The position numbers and the translations under genes were made by a program. Below, one piece after another: positions 1-7,464 of a DNA stretch of 40,427 nucleotides. Each line of letters starts with the position of its first letter. The stretch's first letter is position 1. A model generated the notes under the pieces. It ran no database searches. It saw nothing but the letters and a program-made list of their open reading frames with translations, and was not told where the DNA came from. Source of the stretch: a virus (lineage: Duplodnaviria; Caudoviricetes); the IMG/VR virus record IMGVR_UViG_3300025513_000019, positions 1 to 40,427 of that record; one strand, given 5' to 3'.

Positions 1-186
1 TTTGAAAATTTCTATACATCTACAAATGCCGTTCTTAAATGTTTTGTTGAATATGTAGATACCGTTGGTTGGGTTGCTTCTTATGAAGATCCTAATAACC
101 TAATGATTTCCGACGAAGAAAACTTTACATCGCCTTCAGATTGTGTTCGTTGGTTGGAAGTTAACGTTCCTTTTGCAATAAACTAA
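1..186 (+). CDS. Hypothetical protein, 3' end only (truncated by window)
   Basis: Frame 1 is open from base 1 (FENFYTSTNAVLK...VPFAIN) to TAA at 184-186, directly abutting the next ATG. Confidence 0.6.
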   Translation, partial: FENFYTSTNAVLKCFVEYVDTVGWVASYEDPNNLMISDEENFTSPSDCVRWLEVNVPFAIN

Positions 187-636
187 ATGAAGATAAAATT
201 TGCACCGATATTCACACCTTACGAAATGTTAGAATTGGGCATATTTGATGGTAAGTATTATCTTGATACTAATAAAGATTTCAATCGCAAACCTGTAATA
301 CGATTGAAAAATTTGTTTGCACCAAACGTGTCGCTTCCTCTTAAGGATTGGCAAGACCGTGGCTGGATCACTCCTGAAGATCCAATGGGTTGGTTTCAAT
401 GGTATCTAAGATATTATCAAGGACGTCGTATAGAAGCTCTAGATGCCCGTCAGATAAAGAGACATAATTCTTTTGTAGCACGGCACGGAGCACAAGTAAA
501 GAAAAATGGCAACGGAAATATGACCAAGCGTATACGCCAGCGTCAATCAATACTGCATTGGGGTGGTGATCCTATTCCTGATGTTGAGATAGAAAATAAA
601 GTAGACTTTTTAAAGAGACTCCAAATTAACTATTGA
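187..636 (+). CDS. Conserved hypothetical protein (GWI..EDP.GWFQWY.RYY.GRR family)
   Basis: 149-aa ORF. The aromatic-rich motif is recalled from uncharacterised proteins of large phages and viruses; function unknown. Confidence 0.75.
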   Translation: MKIKFAPIFTPYEMLELGIFDGKYYLDTNKDFNRKPVIRLKNLFAPNVSLPLKDWQDRGWITPEDPMGWFQWYLRYYQGRRIEALDARQIKRHNSFVARHGAQVKKNGNGNMTKRIRQRQSILHWGGDPIPDVEIENKVDFLKRLQINY

Positions 637-661
637 CATTCTATATAGAATCAGTTATATT
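633..661 (+). promoter_or_regulatory. Sigma70-type early promoter TTGACA-N17-TATATT
   Basis: TTGACA at 633-638 and TATATT at 656-661. A near-identical copy lies at 13743-13778. Confidence 0.8.
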
Positions 662-691
662 AATATTATCAAATAAGAGGAATACACACAC

Positions 692-964
692 ATGAAAATC
701 ACATCTGCAAATCGCACATCCACTTCTTACCGCTTTACTGTTAAAATGGTTAATGGACAAATCGCTCCTGAAGATAAAGAATCTGTTGAAGAAATGCGCA
801 ATATTATTAAAAACCGTAATGCGGAGCATCGTAAGTACCGCTTTTCCGCTCCACAGAAATACGTTAAATTGCAAGGCCGTGGACCGCGCCCGTCACTTCG
901 CTATCATCAAGCATTGCCACTTGGGATGGCTACTTCTGCTGATGTTTATGTTTATAATCGATAA
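692..964 (+). CDS. Small basic hypothetical early protein
   Basis: 90-aa ORF with GAGG RBS, directly downstream of a strong promoter. Confidence 0.75.
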   Translation: MKITSANRTSTSYRFTVKMVNGQIAPEDKESVEEMRNIIKNRNAEHRKYRFSAPQKYVKLQGRGPRPSLRYHQALPLGMATSADVYVYNR

Positions 965-978
965 GATTGGGTTGTATC

Positions 979-1545
979 ATGGATTGGAATGATTTTTCTG
1001 GACTAAAAGTTACACCGTGGATTGCGATTTCACAGATTCCGTCAGACGGAGCTGAAGAGTCTCGGCGCCTGTTGGTTGAAAAGTACGGTGATTCCGGTGT
1101 TTATCAAGTAGCCTTGTCGAATGATGTAGACGATATCGGATCTAAGTTTATTCATTCAAATATTGGTTACACTGGCATGTCAAAGTCTGGCATTCTAGCT
1201 CGTACCTACCCAATTCGTGCTCCTTCTGGAGAGCATGGCGCGTCTAGATATATTCGTGAGCACAACCTAGATCGTGAAAAAGATGTAAAGATACGTTACA
1301 TTTACACAGATCCTGACGCGGCTCGTCCCCTAGAAAAAGAAATACAAAAACAAACCTTAGAAAACTTTGGCTATAAGTTTAAATGGAGCTCTGCATCAGC
1401 TGGAAACTCAGGCAATTCGTCACTGTCTATTGATCTAATAAAAAAGTTGACATCTGATGAAATACTTGATATAATACCAATTATTAAAGAGATAGCAGCC
1501 AAAAAGAACTATGAGGAGTTCGTAGAAAAATTAAAGGAAGTGTAA
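979..1545 (+). CDS. Hypothetical protein, possible GIY-YIG-like nuclease
   Basis: SGVYQV...IGYTGMS...R spacing resembles the GIY-YIG signature. ATG at 979 preferred over the TTG at 967. Confidence 0.5.
   Translation: MDWNDFSGLKVTPWIAISQIPSDGAEESRRLLVEKYGDSGVYQVALSNDVDDIGSKFIHSNIGYTGMSKSGILARTYPIRAPSGEHGASRYIREHNLDREKDVKIRYIYTDPDAARPLEKEIQKQTLENFGYKFKWSSASAGNSGNSSLSIDLIKKLTSDEILDIIPIIKEIAAKKNYEEFVEKLKEV
1447..1475 (+). promoter_or_regulatory. Consensus sigma70 promoter embedded in CDS (TTGACA-N17-TATAAT, extended -10)
   Basis: TTGACA at 1447-1452, TG at 1467-1468, TATAAT at 1470-1475; upstream of the DUF5664 gene. Confidence 0.8.
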
Positions 1546-1546
1546 T

Positions 1547-1855
1547 ATGAAATACGATCAAGACAAACCAAAAATTCACTTAGTACCACCTGAGGCTATT
1601 ATTGAAGCTGCGAAGGTGTTTGGCTTTGGCGCTGAAAAGTATGGTGAAAACAATTGGCGGCAGGATATTGATAAGTTTCCTGTCTCTCGTCATTACTCAT
1701 CTATTCAACGTCATATGCTTGCATATATTTCTGGCGAAGATAACGATCCTGAGTCAGGTCTCCCACACTTATCACACGCATTAACTCAAATGATGATCCT
1801 CGTAATGACTACGATCGAAGGCGATCCAATTACTGACGATAGGTTTAAAAAATGA
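1547..1855 (+). CDS. dATP/dGTP diphosphohydrolase-family protein (DUF5664)
   Basis: KYDQDKP..HLVP...FGAEKYGENNW...RH.....GE..DPESGLPHL.HA is the family pattern. Confidence 0.85.
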   Translation: MKYDQDKPKIHLVPPEAIIEAAKVFGFGAEKYGENNWRQDIDKFPVSRHYSSIQRHMLAYISGEDNDPESGLPHLSHALTQMMILVMTTIEGDPITDDRFKK

Positions 1856-2337
1856 ATAGAATTCAATCACAAAAAATTCTTGGTGACATTGCTGAAACAG
1901 TAGTATCTGACTACTTCACGATACAAGGCGACGTAGTTGAAATGTCGACAAATCCATACGACCAAGAAAAAGACATGTTTATTAATACTGTTAGGTCAGA
2001 AGTAAAGTTTGAAACACTATATCATAAACATAACTCTTTTTCTATACCTATTATGAATTTGCGTACCAATAAAATTTCAAGAAACCAACTCAACAAATGC
2101 TTGAATGTAGAGCGGCTCATTGTTGTTCAAAACCCAAGTAAAGATAAGATAGTTACATTGTGGGAAGCTGCTCCTCTTGGCGAACGTAATTTTAATCTTC
2201 ATGTAAATCAGCACGATGGTAGATTGGTGGCCCTTTTTCCATTAGAAACATTTACAAAAATTGTTAACATTTGCAGCGAAACGTTGTATAATGAAATTAC
2301 AAAATACAGCTTTAGCAAATATAAGGATTATGCATAA
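1852..2337 (+). CDS. Hypothetical protein, possible PD-(D/E)XK nuclease fold
   Basis: G..AE.....F ... D ... EVK arrangement; ATGA overlap with the upstream gene. Confidence 0.5.
   Translation: MNRIQSQKILGDIAETVVSDYFTIQGDVVEMSTNPYDQEKDMFINTVRSEVKFETLYHKHNSFSIPIMNLRTNKISRNQLNKCLNVERLIVVQNPSKDKIVTLWEAAPLGERNFNLHVNQHDGRLVALFPLETFTKIVNICSETLYNEITKYSFSKYKDYA
2264..2292 (+). promoter_or_regulatory. Sigma70 promoter embedded in CDS, upstream of the gp42 homolog
   Basis: TTAACA at 2264-2269, 17-nt spacer, TATAAT at 2287-2292. Confidence 0.65.
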
Positions 2338-3017
2338 TGCAAAACGTAAATGATATTCGTAGTTATTTTGTCGAAGAACTAAAAGCCGAACGCTTTACTA
2401 CAGATAAGACTGGCGCTAAAACTATTGAGATGCTTGGTGCATCTTTTATTGCCGATGAACCATCTATCTTTGGTAAACCAGTTAAATCTTATATTGATGC
2501 GGAGCTTGCTTGGTACGAGTCAGGCTCTACTAACATTAATGATATTCATGGCGAAGATAAAGATCCGCCAGCTGCTTGGCTGTATGCAGCTGATGATCAC
2601 GGCAACATCAATTCAAACTACGGTCACCTTGTCTTTTCTCCTAAGTATTTTAATCAATATAATAATGCTTTGCAGGAATTGGTTAACAATCCTGATAGTC
2701 GTCGTGCACAAATGATTTACAACCGCCCATCCATTTGGACTGAATTTGATGAAAACGGCAAGTCTGACTTTATCTGTACTAATGCTCAAACATTTTATAT
2801 TCGTAATGGCAAACTTCATATGGTATCACAGATGAGAAGCAACGACGCAATCTTTGGTTATAAGAACGATTATGCTTGGGCTCAGTATCTAATGGATAAA
2901 ATGGTTTCTGATTACAATCGCACAACACAAAATGCTTATCCTATCACTAAAGGTGATCTTATTTGGAGCGTAATGAACCTCCACGTTTATGAACGTCACT
3001 TTGGCTTGGTAGTTTAA
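2337..3017 (+). CDS. gp42: dCMP hydroxymethyltransferase (thymidylate synthase fold, T4 gp42-like)
   Basis: Colinear with T4 gp42 as recalled: DKTG.KTIE..GASF.ADEP.IFG, INSNYG, NPDSRR..MIY.RPS, SDFICTN (catalytic Cys), MRSND..FG..NDYAW (Asp conferring dCMP specificity), LHVY.RHF. Confidence 0.92.
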   Translation: MQNVNDIRSYFVEELKAERFTTDKTGAKTIEMLGASFIADEPSIFGKPVKSYIDAELAWYESGSTNINDIHGEDKDPPAAWLYAADDHGNINSNYGHLVFSPKYFNQYNNALQELVNNPDSRRAQMIYNRPSIWTEFDENGKSDFICTNAQTFYIRNGKLHMVSQMRSNDAIFGYKNDYAWAQYLMDKMVSDYNRTTQNAYPITKGDLIWSVMNLHVYERHFGLVV

Positions 3018-3241
3018 TGGTTGAGCTTATTCGTATAACTGACATTATTGAGCAGAAAGTTCGTAAAGAAAAAGAGCTCGAATTTTATGAAAAAGAACTC
3101 AAAAAACTTCAACAAAAAATGTTTTTTATTCAAAAGGATATTGATGTCACTAACACAATTATTAGAATAATTGAGAATGAAAAAGTGTTTGATATTAAAG
3201 ACTCTATGGAAAAACGTATGATAGGAAATGACGATGAATGA
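3017..3241 (+). CDS. Small coiled-coil hypothetical protein
   Basis: 74-aa ORF overlapping both neighbours; heptad-like charged helix. Confidence 0.7.
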   Translation: MVELIRITDIIEQKVRKEKELEFYEKELKKLQQKMFFIQKDIDVTNTIIRIIENEKVFDIKDSMEKRMIGNDDE

Positions 3242-3752
3242 AATTGTTAATCAAGAACCGTACGAAAACTACATGCGTCGTCGACTCCGAGAAGAAGATG
3301 ACAGCCAAACTAAGTGGAATGATAGGTTCATGGATATGGCTAAAATGATTTCTACTTGGAGTAAAGACCCGTCAAGTCAAATTGGTGCTGTTGCTGTTAA
3401 CGATGAACGTCGTGTTCTTGCTACTGGTTATAACGGTTTTCCAAAAGGTATTGACGATACGTGGGAACGTTTAAATAACAAAAAAGAAAAGTATTCTCGT
3501 ATTGTCCATGCTGAAATGAATGCTCTTATGAACGCGTTGTATTCAGGTGTAAGTCTTAAAGATTCAACACTGTATGTCTACGGATTACCTATTTGTCCAG
3601 AGTGTACTAAGTGCGTAATACAATCCGGAGTTAAGCACGTGGTAATACCAACAGATAAAACTGATAAAGGTAATTGGCAAGAAGTATGGGAACAACAAAG
3701 TTTGCCAATGTTTAAAGAAAGCGGTGTGCAAGTTACTGTTTTGGAGGTTTAA
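3228..3752 (+). CDS. cd: dCMP deaminase
   Basis: SKDPS.QIGAV, TGYNGFP, and zinc ligands HAEMNA and PICPEC. Confidence 0.92.
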   Translation: MTMNEIVNQEPYENYMRRRLREEDDSQTKWNDRFMDMAKMISTWSKDPSSQIGAVAVNDERRVLATGYNGFPKGIDDTWERLNNKKEKYSRIVHAEMNALMNALYSGVSLKDSTLYVYGLPICPECTKCVIQSGVKHVVIPTDKTDKGNWQEVWEQQSLPMFKESGVQVTVLEV

Positions 3753-3755
3753 TTA

Positions 3756-4424
3756 ATGGCAAGTAGTCTTAGCGATATATATGTTGGCGTAAAAAAGAAC
3801 GCGCCTAATCGTAAGAAAAACGATTTCTACCCAACTCCTCCACTTGCTACCTACGTATTGTGCAAATATAATAGACCACCGCAAAACATTTTTGAACCAT
3901 GCGCAGGAAAAGGTAACATTTCTGTTGAACTTGCTCGAAATGGTCATAATGTTCTAAGTCACGACCTGCACAAATATAAAGACTCTCTGTGTAGCATAAA
4001 TACATCATACGACGCTCTTGAAACTCCAAAGCAAGACTTTGCTGAAGGTGTAGTAACGAACCCACCATATCATAAAGATTTGCCTCGCAAGCTGGCTGAA
4101 AAGTGGATTGATGAATACAGTTACACCGCAATGTTTCTTCGCTTAACGTTTCTTGAAGGAAAAAAGAGAAAAAAACTATTTACAAATAACCCGCCAAGTG
4201 ATATAATATTTCTATCAGATAGAGCTAAATTTAATTCTAACCTTGTTGAACCTATCGAAAAGAAGGATCAAATTGGCGGAATGATTGCTTATATGTGGAT
4301 AATATGGGATAGGCGCTTTTCTACGAAAACGCAACATACAAAAATGCAATGGGTTAATCTTGAAGATGAATACGATGGATGGAGAGAACAATATGATCAA
4401 TGTAGTAATACCAGCGGCAGGTGA
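3756..4424 (+). CDS. DNA amino-methyltransferase (N6-adenine or N4-cytosine), NPPY type
   Basis: DFYPTP (motif X), FEPCAGKG (motif I), VVTNPPY (motif IV). Confidence 0.85.
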   Translation: MASSLSDIYVGVKKNAPNRKKNDFYPTPPLATYVLCKYNRPPQNIFEPCAGKGNISVELARNGHNVLSHDLHKYKDSLCSINTSYDALETPKQDFAEGVVTNPPYHKDLPRKLAEKWIDEYSYTAMFLRLTFLEGKKRKKLFTNNPPSDIIFLSDRAKFNSNLVEPIEKKDQIGGMIAYMWIIWDRRFSTKTQHTKMQWVNLEDEYDGWREQYDQCSNTSGR

Positions 4425-5880
4425 AGCAACACGTCTTAAACCCTTAACATCAAATTGCTCAAAGGCAATGGTGCGTGTCCATGGTAAACCTACTATTGAA
4501 TATATCATCGAGTCCATTTATAAAAACACCTCTGACGTAGGTAAAATTATTATTGTTGATGGTAAGCATAATGATATACGTGAATGGGCATCTAAAAGCA
4601 AATATAATAATATCAAATGTGTAAAGCAGGGATCGTTGAACGGTCCCCGTGATGCTATAGCAGTTGGCTGTCAAGCTTTGTTGGATTGGGCAAATCCTCT
4701 TGTAGTTTGGTTAGGCGATGCCATTATCCTTGAAGAAAACATGCCACTGGGTGAAGACTTTCTTTTAACTAAAAAAGTTGAAGATCACTCTGCGTGGTGT
4801 ATGTGGGATGGAGATCAGTATTATAATAAACCAAAAGAAACTGTTAAAGATGCGGTAGCACTCGTAGGTTTATATAGTTTTGCTGATGGGTTTGGGGCGG
4901 CACAGTCATTCATTAATACAAAAGAGTATGATATATCCGACTCACTTGAATTGTATGGATATAACGCCAAGTTTAACAATATAAGCACTAGGCGTTGGTA
5001 CGATATTGGCGATATATCTTCATACCACAAAACTTGCGCAACTCTATTAACATTCAAAGCACGTGAATTTAATTCTTTTGAATATAAATCAGACATTAAT
5101 GTTATAACAAAAATCCCATCTCACAATAATACCTTCGCAGTACGAACCATAATGAACGAAAAGAATTGGTACGAATCGCTCGATTCAGTTCAGAGTATGT
5201 TTATTCCTAAGATGCTTAAAGATGACTATGCGCTATCAATGTCATATGAGTCAGGTGTTTTGTTGTCTGATTTGTTTGCACACGAAGATATATCAAACAG
5301 CACCATAGATTATTTGATTGAAAAAGTCATTATTGCAATGCAAAATCATTTTCATAAACAACCGACACTTAAGTTTGCAGTTGACTTTCAAAATAATGCT
5401 AAAAAAATGTGGGTTGATAAAACAGCAGAACGTTTAGAATGTTCTGAAGATTATTATAATGATTTGGCAAAACGTTGTCTCGAAAAAGCAAAACCAGTTG
5501 CAGCTATGCATGGAGACTTGCATTTCGCAAACATACTATATAATCCATACAACGACAGTATTACATTGTTAGACCCTCGAGGCTCCTATGGTGATCATAC
5601 AGGATGCGGCGGAGATCACTTATACGATATGTGCAAGCTATCACACGATCTTTACCACGGTTATAATGAACTAGTGACCGGGCATAAATATCCAGAGTAT
5701 GTTGCAAAAAGTTTTGAAAAACTGGTTGACAAATACTATAAAGCAGAGTATAATGAAATTATTGACGGTGGTGCGTTGCTTATTGCTACTTGTATTAAAC
5801 TGCATTATGACTGTACCGATAGGCAAAAACGAATGAGAGATTATGTTAATGAATACGCAAACAATAGTAATGGATCTTGA
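4393..5880 (+). CDS. Sugar-phosphate nucleotidyltransferase fused to an APH/choline-kinase-like phosphotransferase
   Basis: N-terminal VVIPAAGEATRLKPLT..CSKAM, WLGD, WYDIG. C-terminal HGDLHFANIL...LLDPRG...YD..KL. ATG 4393 follows GGAGAG. Confidence 0.85.
   Translation: MINVVIPAAGEATRLKPLTSNCSKAMVRVHGKPTIEYIIESIYKNTSDVGKIIIVDGKHNDIREWASKSKYNNIKCVKQGSLNGPRDAIAVGCQALLDWANPLVVWLGDAIILEENMPLGEDFLLTKKVEDHSAWCMWDGDQYYNKPKETVKDAVALVGLYSFADGFGAAQSFINTKEYDISDSLELYGYNAKFNNISTRRWYDIGDISSYHKTCATLLTFKAREFNSFEYKSDINVITKIPSHNNTFAVRTIMNEKNWYESLDSVQSMFIPKMLKDDYALSMSYESGVLLSDLFAHEDISNSTIDYLIEKVIIAMQNHFHKQPTLKFAVDFQNNAKKMWVDKTAERLECSEDYYNDLAKRCLEKAKPVAAMHGDLHFANILYNPYNDSITLLDPRGSYGDHTGCGGDHLYDMCKLSHDLYHGYNELVTGHKYPEYVAKSFEKLVDKYYKAEYNEIIDGGALLIATCIKLHYDCTDRQKRMRDYVNEYANNSNGS
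5726..5754 (+). promoter_or_regulatory. Consensus sigma70 promoter embedded in CDS
   Basis: TTGACA at 5726-5731, 17-nt spacer, TATAAT at 5749-5754; upstream of the HAD, GT and MTase genes. Confidence 0.8.
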
Positions 5881-6208
5881 TGATACAATTTGTATTCCAC
5901 TTCATGGTAGAAAAAGAAGTGCAGAAAAATACGGTTTAGCAAGTCCTAAAAAAGAAATGATTAATAGTTTAAAAAAGGCAAAAGAAAAAGGCTATAGGAT
6001 AGTTATTCATACTGCTCGTAGGATGGTAACTCATGACGGCGATATAAATAAAATCATCGAGGATGTCGGAAAGATTACAACTGATTGGTTGGAAAAGTAC
6101 GAAGTACCTTATGACGAAATTGTATGGGGAAAACCCTACGGTGTTTATTATGTTGATGACAAGGCCATGCTTCCTGCCGATTTTATTAAATTTATAGAAT
6201 GGGATTAA
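5843..6208 (+). CDS. Capless HAD phosphatase (capsule-biosynthesis EcbF/BcbF-like)
   Basis: MDLDDTIC (motif I), HTARRM (II), GKP (III), YVDDKA (IV); about 120 aa. The start may be 5849. Confidence 0.88.
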   Translation: MLMNTQTIVMDLDDTICIPLHGRKRSAEKYGLASPKKEMINSLKKAKEKGYRIVIHTARRMVTHDGDINKIIEDVGKITTDWLEKYEVPYDEIVWGKPYGVYYVDDKAMLPADFIKFIEWD

Positions 6209-6209
6209 A

Positions 6210-7460
6210 ATGAAAAATATTGGTTTTGCAAAAATTGGTAAATCTGTAAAATTTAGAACAAACAAGTATTCTCCAATTGGAGGAGACAACGAAGCGTCCT
6301 GTACTCTTCGTGCGCTATCAAACAATAACCCCGACAAGAATTTTTATATTGTTGGTAGATCTGACTTTGGAACTTTAAGTGATACAGAAAAAGCTGATTT
6401 GTTTCCGTATGATAACGTGATTGATGTATGGGCTGGAATTCCATTAAGCATGTCAGAAGCTTATTATAATCATATCATTACTTATTTTAAAGAAAAAAAT
6501 ATTACTCTTGATTTCACTGTTATGATGGTTGGTCAAATGAGTAATGTAACCATTCCTAATCGTATTCAAAAAGTTAGAGAAGGAAATGATGGCCTGTTTG
6601 CGGCCACACTTGATATGTCTAAATGGTATACAACGCCAATTGTTACATGGATAAACGAAGAAAAACCAAAATACGTTGAAATTGTTAATGATCCAAGATA
6701 TACAATCAAACAACCTAGAGATTTATTTCATATGCCAATGAAATCGCTTGGACAATACGATTATGATTACGAAACTTTTGCTATTCGCAATTATGAAGAT
6801 CAAGAAAGAATTACGCGTGTTGTAAAGTCTGAATATGCTGGTATGGAAACGGTTTTTTGCGGAGACTATAATTACGCTGAAAAAGTAAACACTGAGCGTG
6901 CTACAAACTTTATGGTAGTTTTAAATGAAGGTAAGCCATCACGATATAAACTACTAAAGGAATGGGTACTAGACAAATTCAATGATGTTGATGTTTATGG
7001 TAAATGGTCTGAAGTTATTGGCGATGATTCTAGATTTAAAGGATCTATGCATATTAACGAATTGCAAACCACACTGCAAGATGTTAAGTTTACGTTCATT
7101 ATTCCTATTAAAGAAGGTTGGACTACGTCTAAATATATTGAAATGATTCATGCTGGTGTGATACCGTTTCTTCATCCTTCATATGATGAGCAGGGCCATT
7201 TACCAATTCCAATGTTTCTCCGCCCGAAGACTCCTTCAGAATTTTATGCGCGGATGCAGACACTTATTGAAAACGAAGAAAAGTATAAAGAAGTTTTGAA
7301 AAATCTTCGTAAGAATATTCTTAAACCGGAATATTACGATGGTACATTTATAAACAACAAGATTATGTCTTCAATAGATTCCAATTATGTTCAACCAAAC
7401 GTTGGTGAATATGAAAAGAAAACTGTTGCAACACTCGAAGATTTTTTAAATAAAGGATAA
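6210..7460 (+). CDS. GT-B DNA glycosyltransferase, distant T4 beta-glucosyltransferase homolog
   Basis: Colinear with recalled T4 BGT: NDPRY vs TDIRL (catalytic Asp), SEYAGME vs FEYFPIE, VDVYGK vs IEFFGN, RFKG vs VFTG, TSKYIEM vs TLRVWET, YDEQGHL vs FDTKHRI. Confidence 0.75.
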   Translation: MKNIGFAKIGKSVKFRTNKYSPIGGDNEASCTLRALSNNNPDKNFYIVGRSDFGTLSDTEKADLFPYDNVIDVWAGIPLSMSEAYYNHIITYFKEKNITLDFTVMMVGQMSNVTIPNRIQKVREGNDGLFAATLDMSKWYTTPIVTWINEEKPKYVEIVNDPRYTIKQPRDLFHMPMKSLGQYDYDYETFAIRNYEDQERITRVVKSEYAGMETVFCGDYNYAEKVNTERATNFMVVLNEGKPSRYKLLKEWVLDKFNDVDVYGKWSEVIGDDSRFKGSMHINELQTTLQDVKFTFIIPIKEGWTTSKYIEMIHAGVIPFLHPSYDEQGHLPIPMFLRPKTPSEFYARMQTLIENEEKYKEVLKNLRKNILKPEYYDGTFINNKIMSSIDSNYVQPNVGEYEKKTVATLEDFLNKG

Positions 7461-7464
7461 AATA

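Noticed and set aside
2337-3017. Ordinary thymidylate synthase or dUMP hydroxymethylase
   Set aside because: It has Asp in NDYAW where dUMP-specific enzymes have Asn, and it is colinear with T4 gp42.
4360-4392. Longer starts given by the ORF track (4360, also 10243, 11208, 23177)
   Set aside because: RBS position and homology favour the ATGs at 4393, 10267, 11223 and 23189.
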